From NCBI GenBank assembly GCA_963668025.2, contig CAXXTH010000017.1, positions 1,376,001 through 1,440,000 of the forward strand: 64,000 bases of DNA, given 5' to 3'. Position 1 is the first letter of the stretch. Each line of letters starts with the position of its first letter. Below, piece after piece: positions 30,953-40,046 of this stretch. Position numbers and translations under genes: made by a program. The DNA is from Candidatus Hydrogenedentota bacterium (lineage in GTDB: Bacteria; Hydrogenedentota; Hydrogenedentia; Hydrogenedentales; SLHB01). The notes under the pieces are model-generated. The model was not told where the DNA came from. It searched no databases and saw only the letters and a program-made list of their open reading frames with translations.

Positions 30953-31945
30953 ATGGATAATCATCCGATGGACAACGAAACGCGCAAGGTGGCGCATGGG
31001 GAAAACATGGGTCGAAAAGCCCATCATAGAGACCCAGGGCATGCCGCGAAAAGCGGTGGCTCCCCGCGTATTCCGGAAGGATTTCCTGGCCAGATATGGC
31101 GGGTCATTCCCACAACGGTCATGCTAGAAGCAACGAAGAACAACCTGTTCAACCCGGTGTATCCAATTGTCATGGGCTGGTTTCCAGAAGCGCGGTATCA
31201 TTATTTTGAACGTCCTAAAGGATGCGCCCAGCATGTCTTCATTTTTTGCATGGCGGGCGAAGGCTGGTTTGAAGTGGCTGGCCGGCGTGAGGTGCTCAAG
31301 GCGCAAGAAGCCGTATTTTTGCCGAAAGGACTTCCGCACGCCTATGGCGCGATGGAAGACCAGCCATGGAGCATCCACTGGGCGCATTTCGACGGCCGTG
31401 ATGCGGCTCAATATATCAGCTATCTTCCCGCGAGAATGTATAAACTGCCTGTTTCACCGGACGTTGCCCAAGAAGTGTCGCGTTGTTTTTTTGATTGTTA
31501 TGAACAGCTCAAACAGAATGTATCCATGCCTTCATTGATCCATGCCGCTCATTTATTGCGGTTAATCTTCAGCCAGGTTTTTTTTGCCAAATCTCATTAC
31601 GCCGAAACGATCTCGGCGCGCCATCCCTGGCTGTTGCATGAAACCATCGAATTCATGCAAGCCCATTTGCGCGGCGGACTGACTTTGGCCTCCTTGGCCC
31701 GGCGCGCGGGATTGTCTAAATCGCAATTTAGCGCGTTGTTCAAATCTCAAATAGGCTTTTCTCCGATGGATTATTTTGCGCACCTGCGCATCCAGGAAGC
31801 CTGTTATCTCCTAGATAACACCCGCCTCAGCGTCAAAGACATTTGCACCAAAATTGGTTTTGAAGATCAATATTATTTCTCGAGGGTATTCCGCAAGACG
31901 ATGGGCATGCCTCCCGTGGCATATCGGAAGATCATCAAGTTTTAA
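30953..31945 (+). CDS. AraC family transcriptional regulator
   Basis: Cupin domain (G.GW, PHAY, W.HF.G) plus C-terminal LA...GLS...F and GF.DQYYFSR.F; divergent from the sugar operon. Confidence 0.95.
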   Translation: MDNHPMDNETRKVAHGENMGRKAHHRDPGHAAKSGGSPRIPEGFPGQIWRVIPTTVMLEATKNNLFNPVYPIVMGWFPEARYHYFERPKGCAQHVFIFCMAGEGWFEVAGRREVLKAQEAVFLPKGLPHAYGAMEDQPWSIHWAHFDGRDAAQYISYLPARMYKLPVSPDVAQEVSRCFFDCYEQLKQNVSMPSLIHAAHLLRLIFSQVFFAKSHYAETISARHPWLLHETIEFMQAHLRGGLTLASLARRAGLSKSQFSALFKSQIGFSPMDYFAHLRIQEACYLLDNTRLSVKDICTKIGFEDQYYFSRVFRKTMGMPPVAYRKIIKF

Positions 31946-32049
31946 TGGTGATTCCCATCGAGAAAGGAATGAAGTGGCGGTTTGCCATGGGTGTTGCGCA
32001 TATATACCGTCCGTGCTAGTATCTTTGTATCAAGGGAGAGGGGCTAGGC

Positions 32050-34137
32050 ATGCGTATCCGAAGACGTTGGGTGGCGATCGGGGCGCTGCTCCTTGTGGGC
32101 TGTGCCGGGCAGACTGGGCTTGAACGGGAAGGCGCGGCATACGGGGTCACGCAAGGAGTGTTCCACGGGCGCTGGTGGAATTATTACGAGCGGGGCGTCT
32201 CGTATGGCGAAGGGCAGTTCTTCGCCGAAGCGGAAGCGGACCTGCAAAAGGCCTTGCAAGGCCGTTCAGCGGATACGTGGGCGGCGCGCACCTACGGCAT
32301 GCACTTCGTCCCTTATTTCCCCAATCGCGAACTAGGCGTCGTTTGTTATCATCAAGATCGGCTCGATGATGCGGAGCGTTATCTGCGCGCTTCGCTCGAA
32401 CAGGCGGATAGCGAACGAGCGCGGCATTATCTGGACCTCATCACCAAGCGGCGCATCGAACAAGGAATCCTTTCGGATGGCGCTGCGCCTGCATTGACAA
32501 GCTCGATTTTTGGCATGGGTTCAGATATGCACATCGTGGCGGACCGCATCGTGCCGGTTCGCGTCGAAGTAGAAGACGATCTGGGCGTCGCGGGGCTTTC
32601 CGTCAATGGCGCGCCCATAGGCATTCGCGGAAACACGGACGCCTTCGAGTATAAGAGTTCGCTGGCGTTGCCGGAAGGAACCCATGCCATCGCGATATCA
32701 GCCAGTGATTTGGCTGGAAAAGAGACAGAGGCGGAGATGAATATCGTCGTGGATCTAACCGGCCCAGCCATTGCCATTCTCGATCCCGCTCCTCCTCTCG
32801 TCACTACCGCGTTTTCCCTGCGCCTTCGCGGCGCGGCGGCTGACGCAAACGGCGTAGCCGAAGTCCGCCTGGGTGATACCGTGCTGGCGCAATCGGCGGG
32901 AGCGGCCCAGCTCGAATTTACGTCGGACCTTCCATTAGTGGCGGGGGAGAATCATTTCGTACTCGCTGCGCGCGATATGGCGGGCAACGAAACCTTTGCC
33001 CCAGTGGATGTGCTCTGTGGCGAGCCTCATGCGGCGGTATCGCGCCGGTGGCTCGAACAGGCGCGTGGCGAGGCCGGCGTGCAGGTGGCTTCGGCAGTGG
33101 ACGCCATACCTGGACTGCTCGCGGGCGCGGCGGAAGAACAACAAGGGCCGTTGAGCATTCACATGAAATTCCCGAACGCGCGCGTGGATACGGCTTCCTA
33201 TCGTAAGAACGAACTGCGCGTGGCGGGCTGGGTGGCGGCGGAGGTGGATCTTCGTTCATTTGCGATTCAAGGGGACAGCTTCCCCGTTGTTCCCGGCGCG
33301 AAACGCGTTGATTTCAGCCGCCGGATTCCTATCGAGGCCCATGAGACCAAAGAGCTCCATGTCGCGGCGGAAGATACGCAGGGCCGCAAGGAAGAATGGA
33401 GCGCCAAAATCACAGGCAAACCGGTCATGCTGGATGAATACCGCATGAAAGTAGCCGTGCAATACGTCCAGGGGGGCGATGAAGCGGTCGAGAGCTATCT
33501 GCAAAGCATGCTCGTGAGCAAGCTGGCGTCCGTGGAAGAAGGCCGTTTCGAGGTGCTCGAGCGGGCGCAGCTCGAAGCGGTGTTGCAGGAGCTTCAACTC
33601 TCCACGAGCGATTTGGCCGATCCGCGTTTTGCGTCGAAGCTGGGCAAAGTCAAGCCCGCCGATGTGTTCCTGTTCGCGGAAGCGTATCCGCGCGAGGCGG
33701 GCGGTATCGAACTGCTGGTGCGCGCCATTGGGGCGGATAACGGCCTCGTGCTGGATACCTACGATGTGTTCGTGGGTGATTGGAACGATGCGGATCAGCG
33801 GGAAGAGCGGGTGAACGAAATTGCCGGGTGGATGGCCCGGACGTTTCCTCGCGTGCCCGGCGCGGTGGACCGTGTGGCGGGCAATAATGCGTGGGTGAAT
33901 CTGGGTGTTGAAGAAGGGATTCGCAAGGGAATGAAAGTCGTGCTGGCGTATGAAGCCGCACCCGAGGAACGCGATCCGGCCACGGGTGAAGTGTTGGAAG
34001 ACGCCCTATATGACGCCATGGGCTGGGCCCCAATTGACGGCGTCGATGCGGAACGCAGCAAACTGGGGCCGTTAGCGCCTGCCCTGAACCATGAGGATGC
34101 GACCATTGCGGAAGGACAGCCGGTCTTTACCATGTAA
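32050..34137 (+). CDS. Lipoprotein with TPR, Ig-like and CsgG/FlgT-like domains
   Basis: Lipobox LVGC; RWWNYYERG and YFPNRELG TPR region; EG.H.I...A.D.AG Ig repeats; RF.VLER..L..VL.E CsgG-like motif. Confidence 0.7.
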   Translation: MRIRRRWVAIGALLLVGCAGQTGLEREGAAYGVTQGVFHGRWWNYYERGVSYGEGQFFAEAEADLQKALQGRSADTWAARTYGMHFVPYFPNRELGVVCYHQDRLDDAERYLRASLEQADSERARHYLDLITKRRIEQGILSDGAAPALTSSIFGMGSDMHIVADRIVPVRVEVEDDLGVAGLSVNGAPIGIRGNTDAFEYKSSLALPEGTHAIAISASDLAGKETEAEMNIVVDLTGPAIAILDPAPPLVTTAFSLRLRGAAADANGVAEVRLGDTVLAQSAGAAQLEFTSDLPLVAGENHFVLAARDMAGNETFAPVDVLCGEPHAAVSRRWLEQARGEAGVQVASAVDAIPGLLAGAAEEQQGPLSIHMKFPNARVDTASYRKNELRVAGWVAAEVDLRSFAIQGDSFPVVPGAKRVDFSRRIPIEAHETKELHVAAEDTQGRKEEWSAKITGKPVMLDEYRMKVAVQYVQGGDEAVESYLQSMLVSKLASVEEGRFEVLERAQLEAVLQELQLSTSDLADPRFASKLGKVKPADVFLFAEAYPREAGGIELLVRAIGADNGLVLDTYDVFVGDWNDADQREERVNEIAGWMARTFPRVPGAVDRVAGNNAWVNLGVEEGIRKGMKVVLAYEAAPEERDPATGEVLEDALYDAMGWAPIDGVDAERSKLGPLAPALNHEDATIAEGQPVFTM

Positions 34138-35509
34138 GCCCGCATGCGTGTTCGTGTGCGTGGCGGCGCTGCTGGCAGGCGCGGGGGCCATGGCCCAGCC
34201 GCGTATTAATTCGTCGCCGAATCCCGTCGGAAGCGGCGCGCGCGCTTTGGGCATGGGCGGCGCGTTCATCGCCATCGCCGACGACGCCACCGCCGCGTCC
34301 TGGAATCCCGGCGGCCTGACGCAGCTCGAACGGCCCGAGATTTCCGCTGTTTATGCCTGGAAATCATTTCGCGAAGATTACGACGCGGGAGCGAGGCTCG
34401 AGCTTGATCGCGCCGGGGAAGTGGACTTTAGCAGTCTCAACTACTTGAGCGTCGTCTATCCTTTCCAGCGGACCATCGCCGGGCGCAATGTAGTGATCAG
34501 CTTGAATTACCAGCGGAAATTCGATTTTGACCGCGCGATGGATTTGACCTACCACGACATGGACGCCGCCACACAGTTTTCCACCCAGGGCCGCCTGCAT
34601 TATGAGCAAAGCGGCTCGCTCGCGGCGTTGTCACCCGCTTTGGCGTTCGAGGTGACGGACCAGTTGTCGCTGGGCATGGCGGTGAATATTTGGGACGAGT
34701 CCCTCTTAGGCCAGAATGAATGGTCTGAATACACCCGCGCCGACACCTGGACGAAAGTGGGCGGCACCTTGCTGGCAAGCCGCTTCGAGCAGCTCAAGCG
34801 ATATGAAAATTTCGACGGCATGAACTACACCTTCGGTGTATTGTATAAACCCGCCGAGCGCTGGAGTATCGGCGCGGTGTATCACACGGCCTTCGCGGCG
34901 GATGTGGACTATACGGAAGTGCAGCGCCAGCCGCGTGTCCAGGTCAACAAGGAGAAGCGCCGTATCGAGATGCCCAGCGCCTGGGGCCTTGGCGTCGCAT
35001 ACCGGTTTCCGAATGACAAACTCACCCTTTCGCTCGATGTGACCCGCCGCCAGTGGGATCAATATGTCGAGGTGCAGCGCGGGCTTTTCGGCCAGGCCCA
35101 GCGCATTTCTCCGATCACGGGCCTCGAAAAATGGCGCAGTCCCCATGACTCTACCTATACCGTCCGCCTGGGGGCGGAATACGTCTTTTTCGACCCGAAA
35201 CAGCCGCTCAAGAACTATCTGCCGAGCCTGCGCGCGGGCGTGTTTTACGACCCCGCGCCCGCGGGGGGCGGCCATTTCCTCGCCAACATAAATGGGCAGG
35301 AGTTTTATAGCCGCATGACAGGCAAGCCGGATGATTTCTGGGGCATCTCGCTCGGCGCGGGCGTGCTTATCCGCAATCGGATCAACATCGATATCGCCTA
35401 CCAATATCGGTGGGGCGATGATGTCCGCAAAGACACCTTCCAGCAGTGGGACATGGACGGCGACGTGGACCAGCACGAGATATTTCTGTCCACCGTGATT
35501 TATTTCTAG
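34091..35509 (+). CDS. FadL/OmpP1-like outer-membrane beta-barrel (start uncertain)
   Basis: GSGARALGMGGAF.A.ADDATA..WNP.GL; terminal aromatic residues (IYF). Confidence 0.85.
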   Translation: MRMRPLRKDSRSLPCKPACVFVCVAALLAGAGAMAQPRINSSPNPVGSGARALGMGGAFIAIADDATAASWNPGGLTQLERPEISAVYAWKSFREDYDAGARLELDRAGEVDFSSLNYLSVVYPFQRTIAGRNVVISLNYQRKFDFDRAMDLTYHDMDAATQFSTQGRLHYEQSGSLAALSPALAFEVTDQLSLGMAVNIWDESLLGQNEWSEYTRADTWTKVGGTLLASRFEQLKRYENFDGMNYTFGVLYKPAERWSIGAVYHTAFAADVDYTEVQRQPRVQVNKEKRRIEMPSAWGLGVAYRFPNDKLTLSLDVTRRQWDQYVEVQRGLFGQAQRISPITGLEKWRSPHDSTYTVRLGAEYVFFDPKQPLKNYLPSLRAGVFYDPAPAGGGHFLANINGQEFYSRMTGKPDDFWGISLGAGVLIRNRINIDIAYQYRWGDDVRKDTFQQWDMDGDVDQHEIFLSTVIYF

Positions 35510-35754
35510 CATCGAGCGCTTCCATAGAGGATGCGCACTCATCTAACTCAATCCCTTGTGTCTGCATGGCGATGGATACCATATTTATAAGCATTCTTGA
35601 AGCTGACCACATGGTATGGTAGCATCCTTGGTCGGCCCCCGATGTATTGTATGCGCCGCTCCTGGGAGGCCGTGAAGGTGCGGGCGTGTTATCGGGCCTC
35701 GTAAGCGCCTCATGCGTCTTGAGTTGCCCGTATCAGCAGAGCCGAATTGTGCCT

Positions 35755-37584
35755 ATGCGCCGCCGTATAACCCGCTTGCTGGGGTTCGTTTCACTCGTAT
35801 TGAGTGCGCCCGCCGCGTGGGGGGTTGATATTGTCGAACCCTTCACGGACGGGAGTGTCGCCGTGTTGCGCAATGGGCGCTCCATCTTCATTGAATGCAC
35901 CCCTCCATCCGGCCCTTCGGCGGAATCCTTCTTGAAAAAACGCCTGGGAGAAGGCGCGGACTGGCGTGTGTATGCAGGCAAAGGCCGGGTTGTGCTGCCT
36001 TACGCCAATTTGAATCCTGAATCGCAGCGCGAAGCGTTGCTCACTATTTTTAAGTATGACTATGTAAATGAAAAGGGCTGGGTGCATCAGGTCCGTTTTG
36101 TCGGTGAAGGCACAGGCAAGGAGACGCTCTGGACGTTATGCGAGTGGCTGACAGGAAATGGATTCAACCACGAGAAAGTGCAGCAGGCGAATGGACTGCA
36201 TACGCCCAATTTGGTGCGCGGCCAGCAGGTGGTGTTTCCCGTCGAATTATTGCGCGATATCATGAAAAAGCGGACTCCGGACCGGCTGCCGAAACCGCCT
36301 CCGCTCCAGGAGTCCGCGCCGCAGGAATCCGCGCCACTTCAGGACTCGCCGCCTAAGGCCATGGCGGAAGAATCGCCCGAGCCTGTCGAAGATACCTTGG
36401 TCGAGCTTGGGGCGCTGGATGATGCGGAAACGAAGCTTCTCACGTATAAAAGTGATAAGGACGGCCCCTACGCGTTGTATCATTTACAGCCTGGCGATAA
36501 ATCCATTTATACGCCCGTAGTGGTGCGATTCACGGATTACCGGGAAAATGTCGATATCCTGGCGGCGTGCGAAGCCATCTTGAAGCGCAGCGGCATCAAT
36601 GATGTCACCAGCATGGAGACAGGCCAGCCCATCAAGATCCCTCAAGATATGCTGTCGGCGCGCTTCATGCCGGAGAACACGCCGGAGCGGCGTGAGTATG
36701 AAGAAACCATCACCGAAGCGGAGCAGGCGCGTAATGAGCAGGTTCGGGCTCGGGATCTCGAGGGTGTGGTGGTGATTCTCGATCCGGGGCATGGAGGAGA
36801 CGATCCGGGGGCCATGGTCGAGAGAGGCGCGTACCGCATATATGAAGATGAGATCAATTACGATATTTGCTGCCGGGCGAAGGCTATCCTGGAGCGGGAA
36901 ACACGAGCGAAAGTGTATATGACCGTCCGGGATCGTTCGCAGAGCTATACGCCCGCGGCCACAAGCAGATTCACCCACGACAAAGATGAAGAGCTTACCT
37001 CCACGCCAGCGTATCCAAATGAGAATCCCAAATATTCCGTTAATCTGCGCTGGTATATGGCCAATGCGATATATCGCAATGAACGCCAGCGCGGCGTGAG
37101 TGAGCGGCAGATCATTTTTACGAGTTTTCATTGCGACAAACTGTTCAATGAACAATTGCGTGGGGCGATGTTCTATATACCCGGCGCACAATACCGGAAA
37201 GACAGTTATACGGCCAGCCCCGAGAGTTTTTATAAACGGTATGAGGAAGTGCGGGAAGGCCGCAGCTTTGAATCCAATGCCTCGGAACGGCGGCGGGATG
37301 AAGCGTGGTCGCGCAATTTCGCGGAGACGCTGTATGGGGAATTTGGTAAGAAGCGGATTCGCCGCCACCAAGAGAGCGCGCCCATCCGCAATGTGATCCG
37401 CCAATCCGGCGAGCGGTATTATGTGCCGGCTGTGTTGCGGTATAACAAAGTGCCCACGAAGATTTTGGTGGAAGTGGCGAATATGACGAACAGCACGGAC
37501 TGTGAGCGTATGTCAGACGCCGAATGGCGCCAGACGGTGGCCGAGGCGTATGTCAATGCGCTAAAGGTTCATTTCGGTTCTTGA
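35755..37584 (+). CDS. N-acetylmuramoyl-L-alanine amidase (Amidase_3) with LysM-like repeats
   Basis: ILDPGHGG.DPGA, catalytic E, SFH.D, LVEV.N; signal peptide; two degenerate LysM segments. Confidence 0.85.
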   Translation: MRRRITRLLGFVSLVLSAPAAWGVDIVEPFTDGSVAVLRNGRSIFIECTPPSGPSAESFLKKRLGEGADWRVYAGKGRVVLPYANLNPESQREALLTIFKYDYVNEKGWVHQVRFVGEGTGKETLWTLCEWLTGNGFNHEKVQQANGLHTPNLVRGQQVVFPVELLRDIMKKRTPDRLPKPPPLQESAPQESAPLQDSPPKAMAEESPEPVEDTLVELGALDDAETKLLTYKSDKDGPYALYHLQPGDKSIYTPVVVRFTDYRENVDILAACEAILKRSGINDVTSMETGQPIKIPQDMLSARFMPENTPERREYEETITEAEQARNEQVRARDLEGVVVILDPGHGGDDPGAMVERGAYRIYEDEINYDICCRAKAILERETRAKVYMTVRDRSQSYTPAATSRFTHDKDEELTSTPAYPNENPKYSVNLRWYMANAIYRNERQRGVSERQIIFTSFHCDKLFNEQLRGAMFYIPGAQYRKDSYTASPESFYKRYEEVREGRSFESNASERRRDEAWSRNFAETLYGEFGKKRIRRHQESAPIRNVIRQSGERYYVPAVLRYNKVPTKILVEVANMTNSTDCERMSDAEWRQTVAEAYVNALKVHFGS

Positions 37585-38891
37585 TGCCGTTCTTCTTTCC
37601 ATCGCTGGCCGAGGGTGATCCCGTGGGCCATGAGGGGGTCTTGCGCAAGGCCGTTCTGGGCCATTTTTTCCGTAATCCAGCCTTCAAGCCGCGCTTCCAA
37701 CGTGCGCACTTCTTCCGGCCTTGCATCTGCGATATTGTGTAATTCTTGCGGATCGGCCTCGAGGTCATACAGCTCCCGCATCGGCGTGCCGTAAAAATCG
37801 GTTTCACGGGCAAGGATAAATTTCCGGTCTTTGGTGCGCAATCCCCATTTCATTTGCCAGGTGCATTCCTGCGTGGTGAGGAATTCCCGCTGTGGCCCCT
37901 TCGATGGCTCGCCGGAGCGGAGGGCCTCCACCCAGTTCGCGCCTTCCATCTGGGGCGGGATCTCGAGGCCGCACAGGCCGAGAATGGTTGGGGCGATATC
38001 CACATGCGCGGCTAATGGGCTAATGCGGCCCGGTGCAATCGACGGGTGGCGCATGATCAATGGCACGTGGATGTTGCCCTCGTATAAGCCGTGATGATCA
38101 AAATAGACGCCGTGGCGGTACATTAACTCGCCATGATCGCTCAAGAACACCACTAAGGTGTCTTCCGCCGCGCCGGTGCGTTCGAGGGCTTCGAGCAACT
38201 GGCCAATCCCTTCATCGCAATACCGGATCGACGCGTCGTATAACGCCACGATGTATTCCGGGTCCGTGAATTTGCGGCCAATCAAATTGAACCAGGTTTC
38301 CCGCCAGAGGCGCCCGAGGGGATGCCGTTCGAGGGCGTCGAGGAGATGGTTATCCGGCTGGTCGGGTTCGCCCGAATAAAACAGGGATCGGTACGCCCGG
38401 GGAGGCAGATACGGCGTATGGGCGTCCCAGTAATGGATTAACAAATAAAACGGTTCGGCGGCATGCCGTTCCAGCCAAGGGATCGCCCGCTGGTTGATTC
38501 CCCGGTTGTCACAGTTGAATTGCAACGAGCGGCGGCTCGTGGGGTCAATATAGAATTCCAGCCCGCGTAAAAAACCGGGGTGCCAGGCGGCAAGGTTGTC
38601 CACCGCGCAAGTGGTGTAGCCGTTTTTCTGCATGATGGCGGGCAGCAAGGGCGCATGCGCCGATAAGGGAATATGTCCGCCGTGGGCGACCACGCCATGG
38701 GTGATCGAGTATTGCCCGGTCAGAATGGTCGAGAAAGCCGGATGCGTCGGGATAGCCGTGGCGATGGCGTGATCAAATACGGCGCTCTGTGCGGCGAAGG
38801 CGTCAATACGCGGCGAGGTGGCCCGGGAGTAGCCGTAACAGCCGAGGTGGTCGGCCCGGAGCGTATCCATGGCGATGATGAGCACATTCAT
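37569..38891 (-). CDS. Sulfatase-like alkaline phosphatase superfamily protein
   Basis: DTLRADHL, HYWD.H.PY, SDHGE, ELYDL..DP.E; nucleophile loop PTHPAF. Confidence 0.88.
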   Translation of the reverse strand: MNVLIIAMDTLRADHLGCYGYSRATSPRIDAFAAQSAVFDHAIATAIPTHPAFSTILTGQYSITHGVVAHGGHIPLSAHAPLLPAIMQKNGYTTCAVDNLAAWHPGFLRGLEFYIDPTSRRSLQFNCDNRGINQRAIPWLERHAAEPFYLLIHYWDAHTPYLPPRAYRSLFYSGEPDQPDNHLLDALERHPLGRLWRETWFNLIGRKFTDPEYIVALYDASIRYCDEGIGQLLEALERTGAAEDTLVVFLSDHGELMYRHGVYFDHHGLYEGNIHVPLIMRHPSIAPGRISPLAAHVDIAPTILGLCGLEIPPQMEGANWVEALRSGEPSKGPQREFLTTQECTWQMKWGLRTKDRKFILARETDFYGTPMRELYDLEADPQELHNIADARPEEVRTLEARLEGWITEKMAQNGLAQDPLMAHGITLGQRWKEERHQEPK

Positions 38892-39058
38892 GGAAAAAAC
38901 ATTCCTTCCAGAGAACGTATACACTCGCCTCCTGCGGGCGATTCATCCGCATGGTGTATCACGAAACTGGAAAAGAGTGCAAGGTTGGCGCGGTTAAAAT
39001 TTTCGTGGAGCTGCCTAGCGCGGCATGGGCGCCCATACATGCTCAAAAAATAATCCTC

Positions 39059-39082
39059 GTAGCATGGGCGGCCCGCCCATGC
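39059..39082 (+). repeat. GTAG-type REP-like palindrome
   Basis: GTAGCATGGGCGGCCCGCCCATGC. Confidence 0.65.
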
Positions 39083-39263
39083 AAGGCTCCTGTGTGATCA
39101 AAAAAAAGCGCGGGCTATCTCCCCTCCTCTTTCGCATCGGGACGCCTGATAGGACGTCTCCGATGGCGGTCGGAAAGGGTGGATAGCCCGCATGTTCCAT
39201 AGCATCTACGGATTTTACGTTCAGTGTATGGGCAGCCGTTCCGGCCACGCTTTCGGCTGCTTG

Positions 39264-39494
39264 TCAGTTGTAATACATTTGGCGTTTATCTTCCATGGTT
39301 TGCGACAAGACTTCGAGTAGTTTCTGGCGCTCTTCTTCGGTCAAGCCCGTGGCCGGATCCTGAATGATCTTGGCCAGCGGAGGCGCCAGCTCGTCTTCAA
39401 GCACCCAATACGTAATGATATCTCCATAGGGCCAAAAGCGTATATTAATCCCTGACTTGAGCGTTGCCCACAACCCAATGTAACGACATAACAC
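39264..39494 (-). CDS. Small hypothetical protein or gene remnant
   Basis: 76-aa ORF with protein-like composition (GLTEEERQKLLE) among REP-like repeats; no clear RBS. Confidence 0.3.
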   Translation of the reverse strand: MLCRYIGLWATLKSGINIRFWPYGDIITYWVLEDELAPPLAKIIQDPATGLTEEERQKLLEVLSQTMEDKRQMYYN

Positions 39495-39513
39495 TGTTTA
39501 TTCTCGTTTACTT

Positions 39514-39621
39514 TTGCGTTCTTTGCGGCTTTGCGTGCGCATAAATCGATTTGGATCTCTGTTGATAGTACAGCGCGCCAGCTTTACTCATCCATTTCAC
39601 GCAAAGCCGCAAAGAATGCAA
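39514..39621. repeat. Inverted repeat, 24-bp arms
   Basis: TTGCGTTCTTTGCGGCTTTGCGTG ... CACGCAAAGCCGCAAAGAATGCAA (23/24 complementary). Confidence 0.75.
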
Positions 39622-39994
39622 CCGTTTAAAGCGCGATACCTGTAATAAAAGAACTTCTTAACCCTTTAGCCATCTGGAGTTAAAATAGTGGGCTGATTTT
39701 TTAAACCGCGAATAGATGCGAATAAACTCGAATTCATGACAAACCTCCGTTAATAAGAGATTTTTTTGACAGGATTGAGCCGATGAATGATTTGGTGAAG
39801 TGGAAGCCTGGCTGTTTAGGGGCAGCAGGCGTATATATTCATATGCCTATCGTCATGGAGAATGCATAAGCCATCGCAAAGGATTGCGCATCTTGCACGC
39901 GGGGGTGGAAAAAAATGCCGCAACCGGCATACCCGTCAGAAAAATTTCTGTTGTAACTATTGATTGTATAAGAGATTGTGCAGTGCATTCTTGA

Positions 39995-40010
39995 TGGCAT
40001 GGCGCTTGCT
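39995..40010 (+). promoter_or_regulatory. Sigma-54 (-24/-12) promoter
   Basis: TGGCATGGCGCTTGCT has GG-N10-GC and matches TGGCAC-N5-TTGCW at all but one position; 36 nt before ATG 40047. Confidence 0.7.
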
Positions 40011-40046
40011 TGTTTCTGCCTGGCATCGGATTGGGAGTTGGAAAAC

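Noticed and set aside
39953-39966. IHF site upstream of the sigma-54 promoter
   Set aside because: TAACTATTGATT is one base short of the WATCAA-N4-TTR spacing, so it is not asserted.
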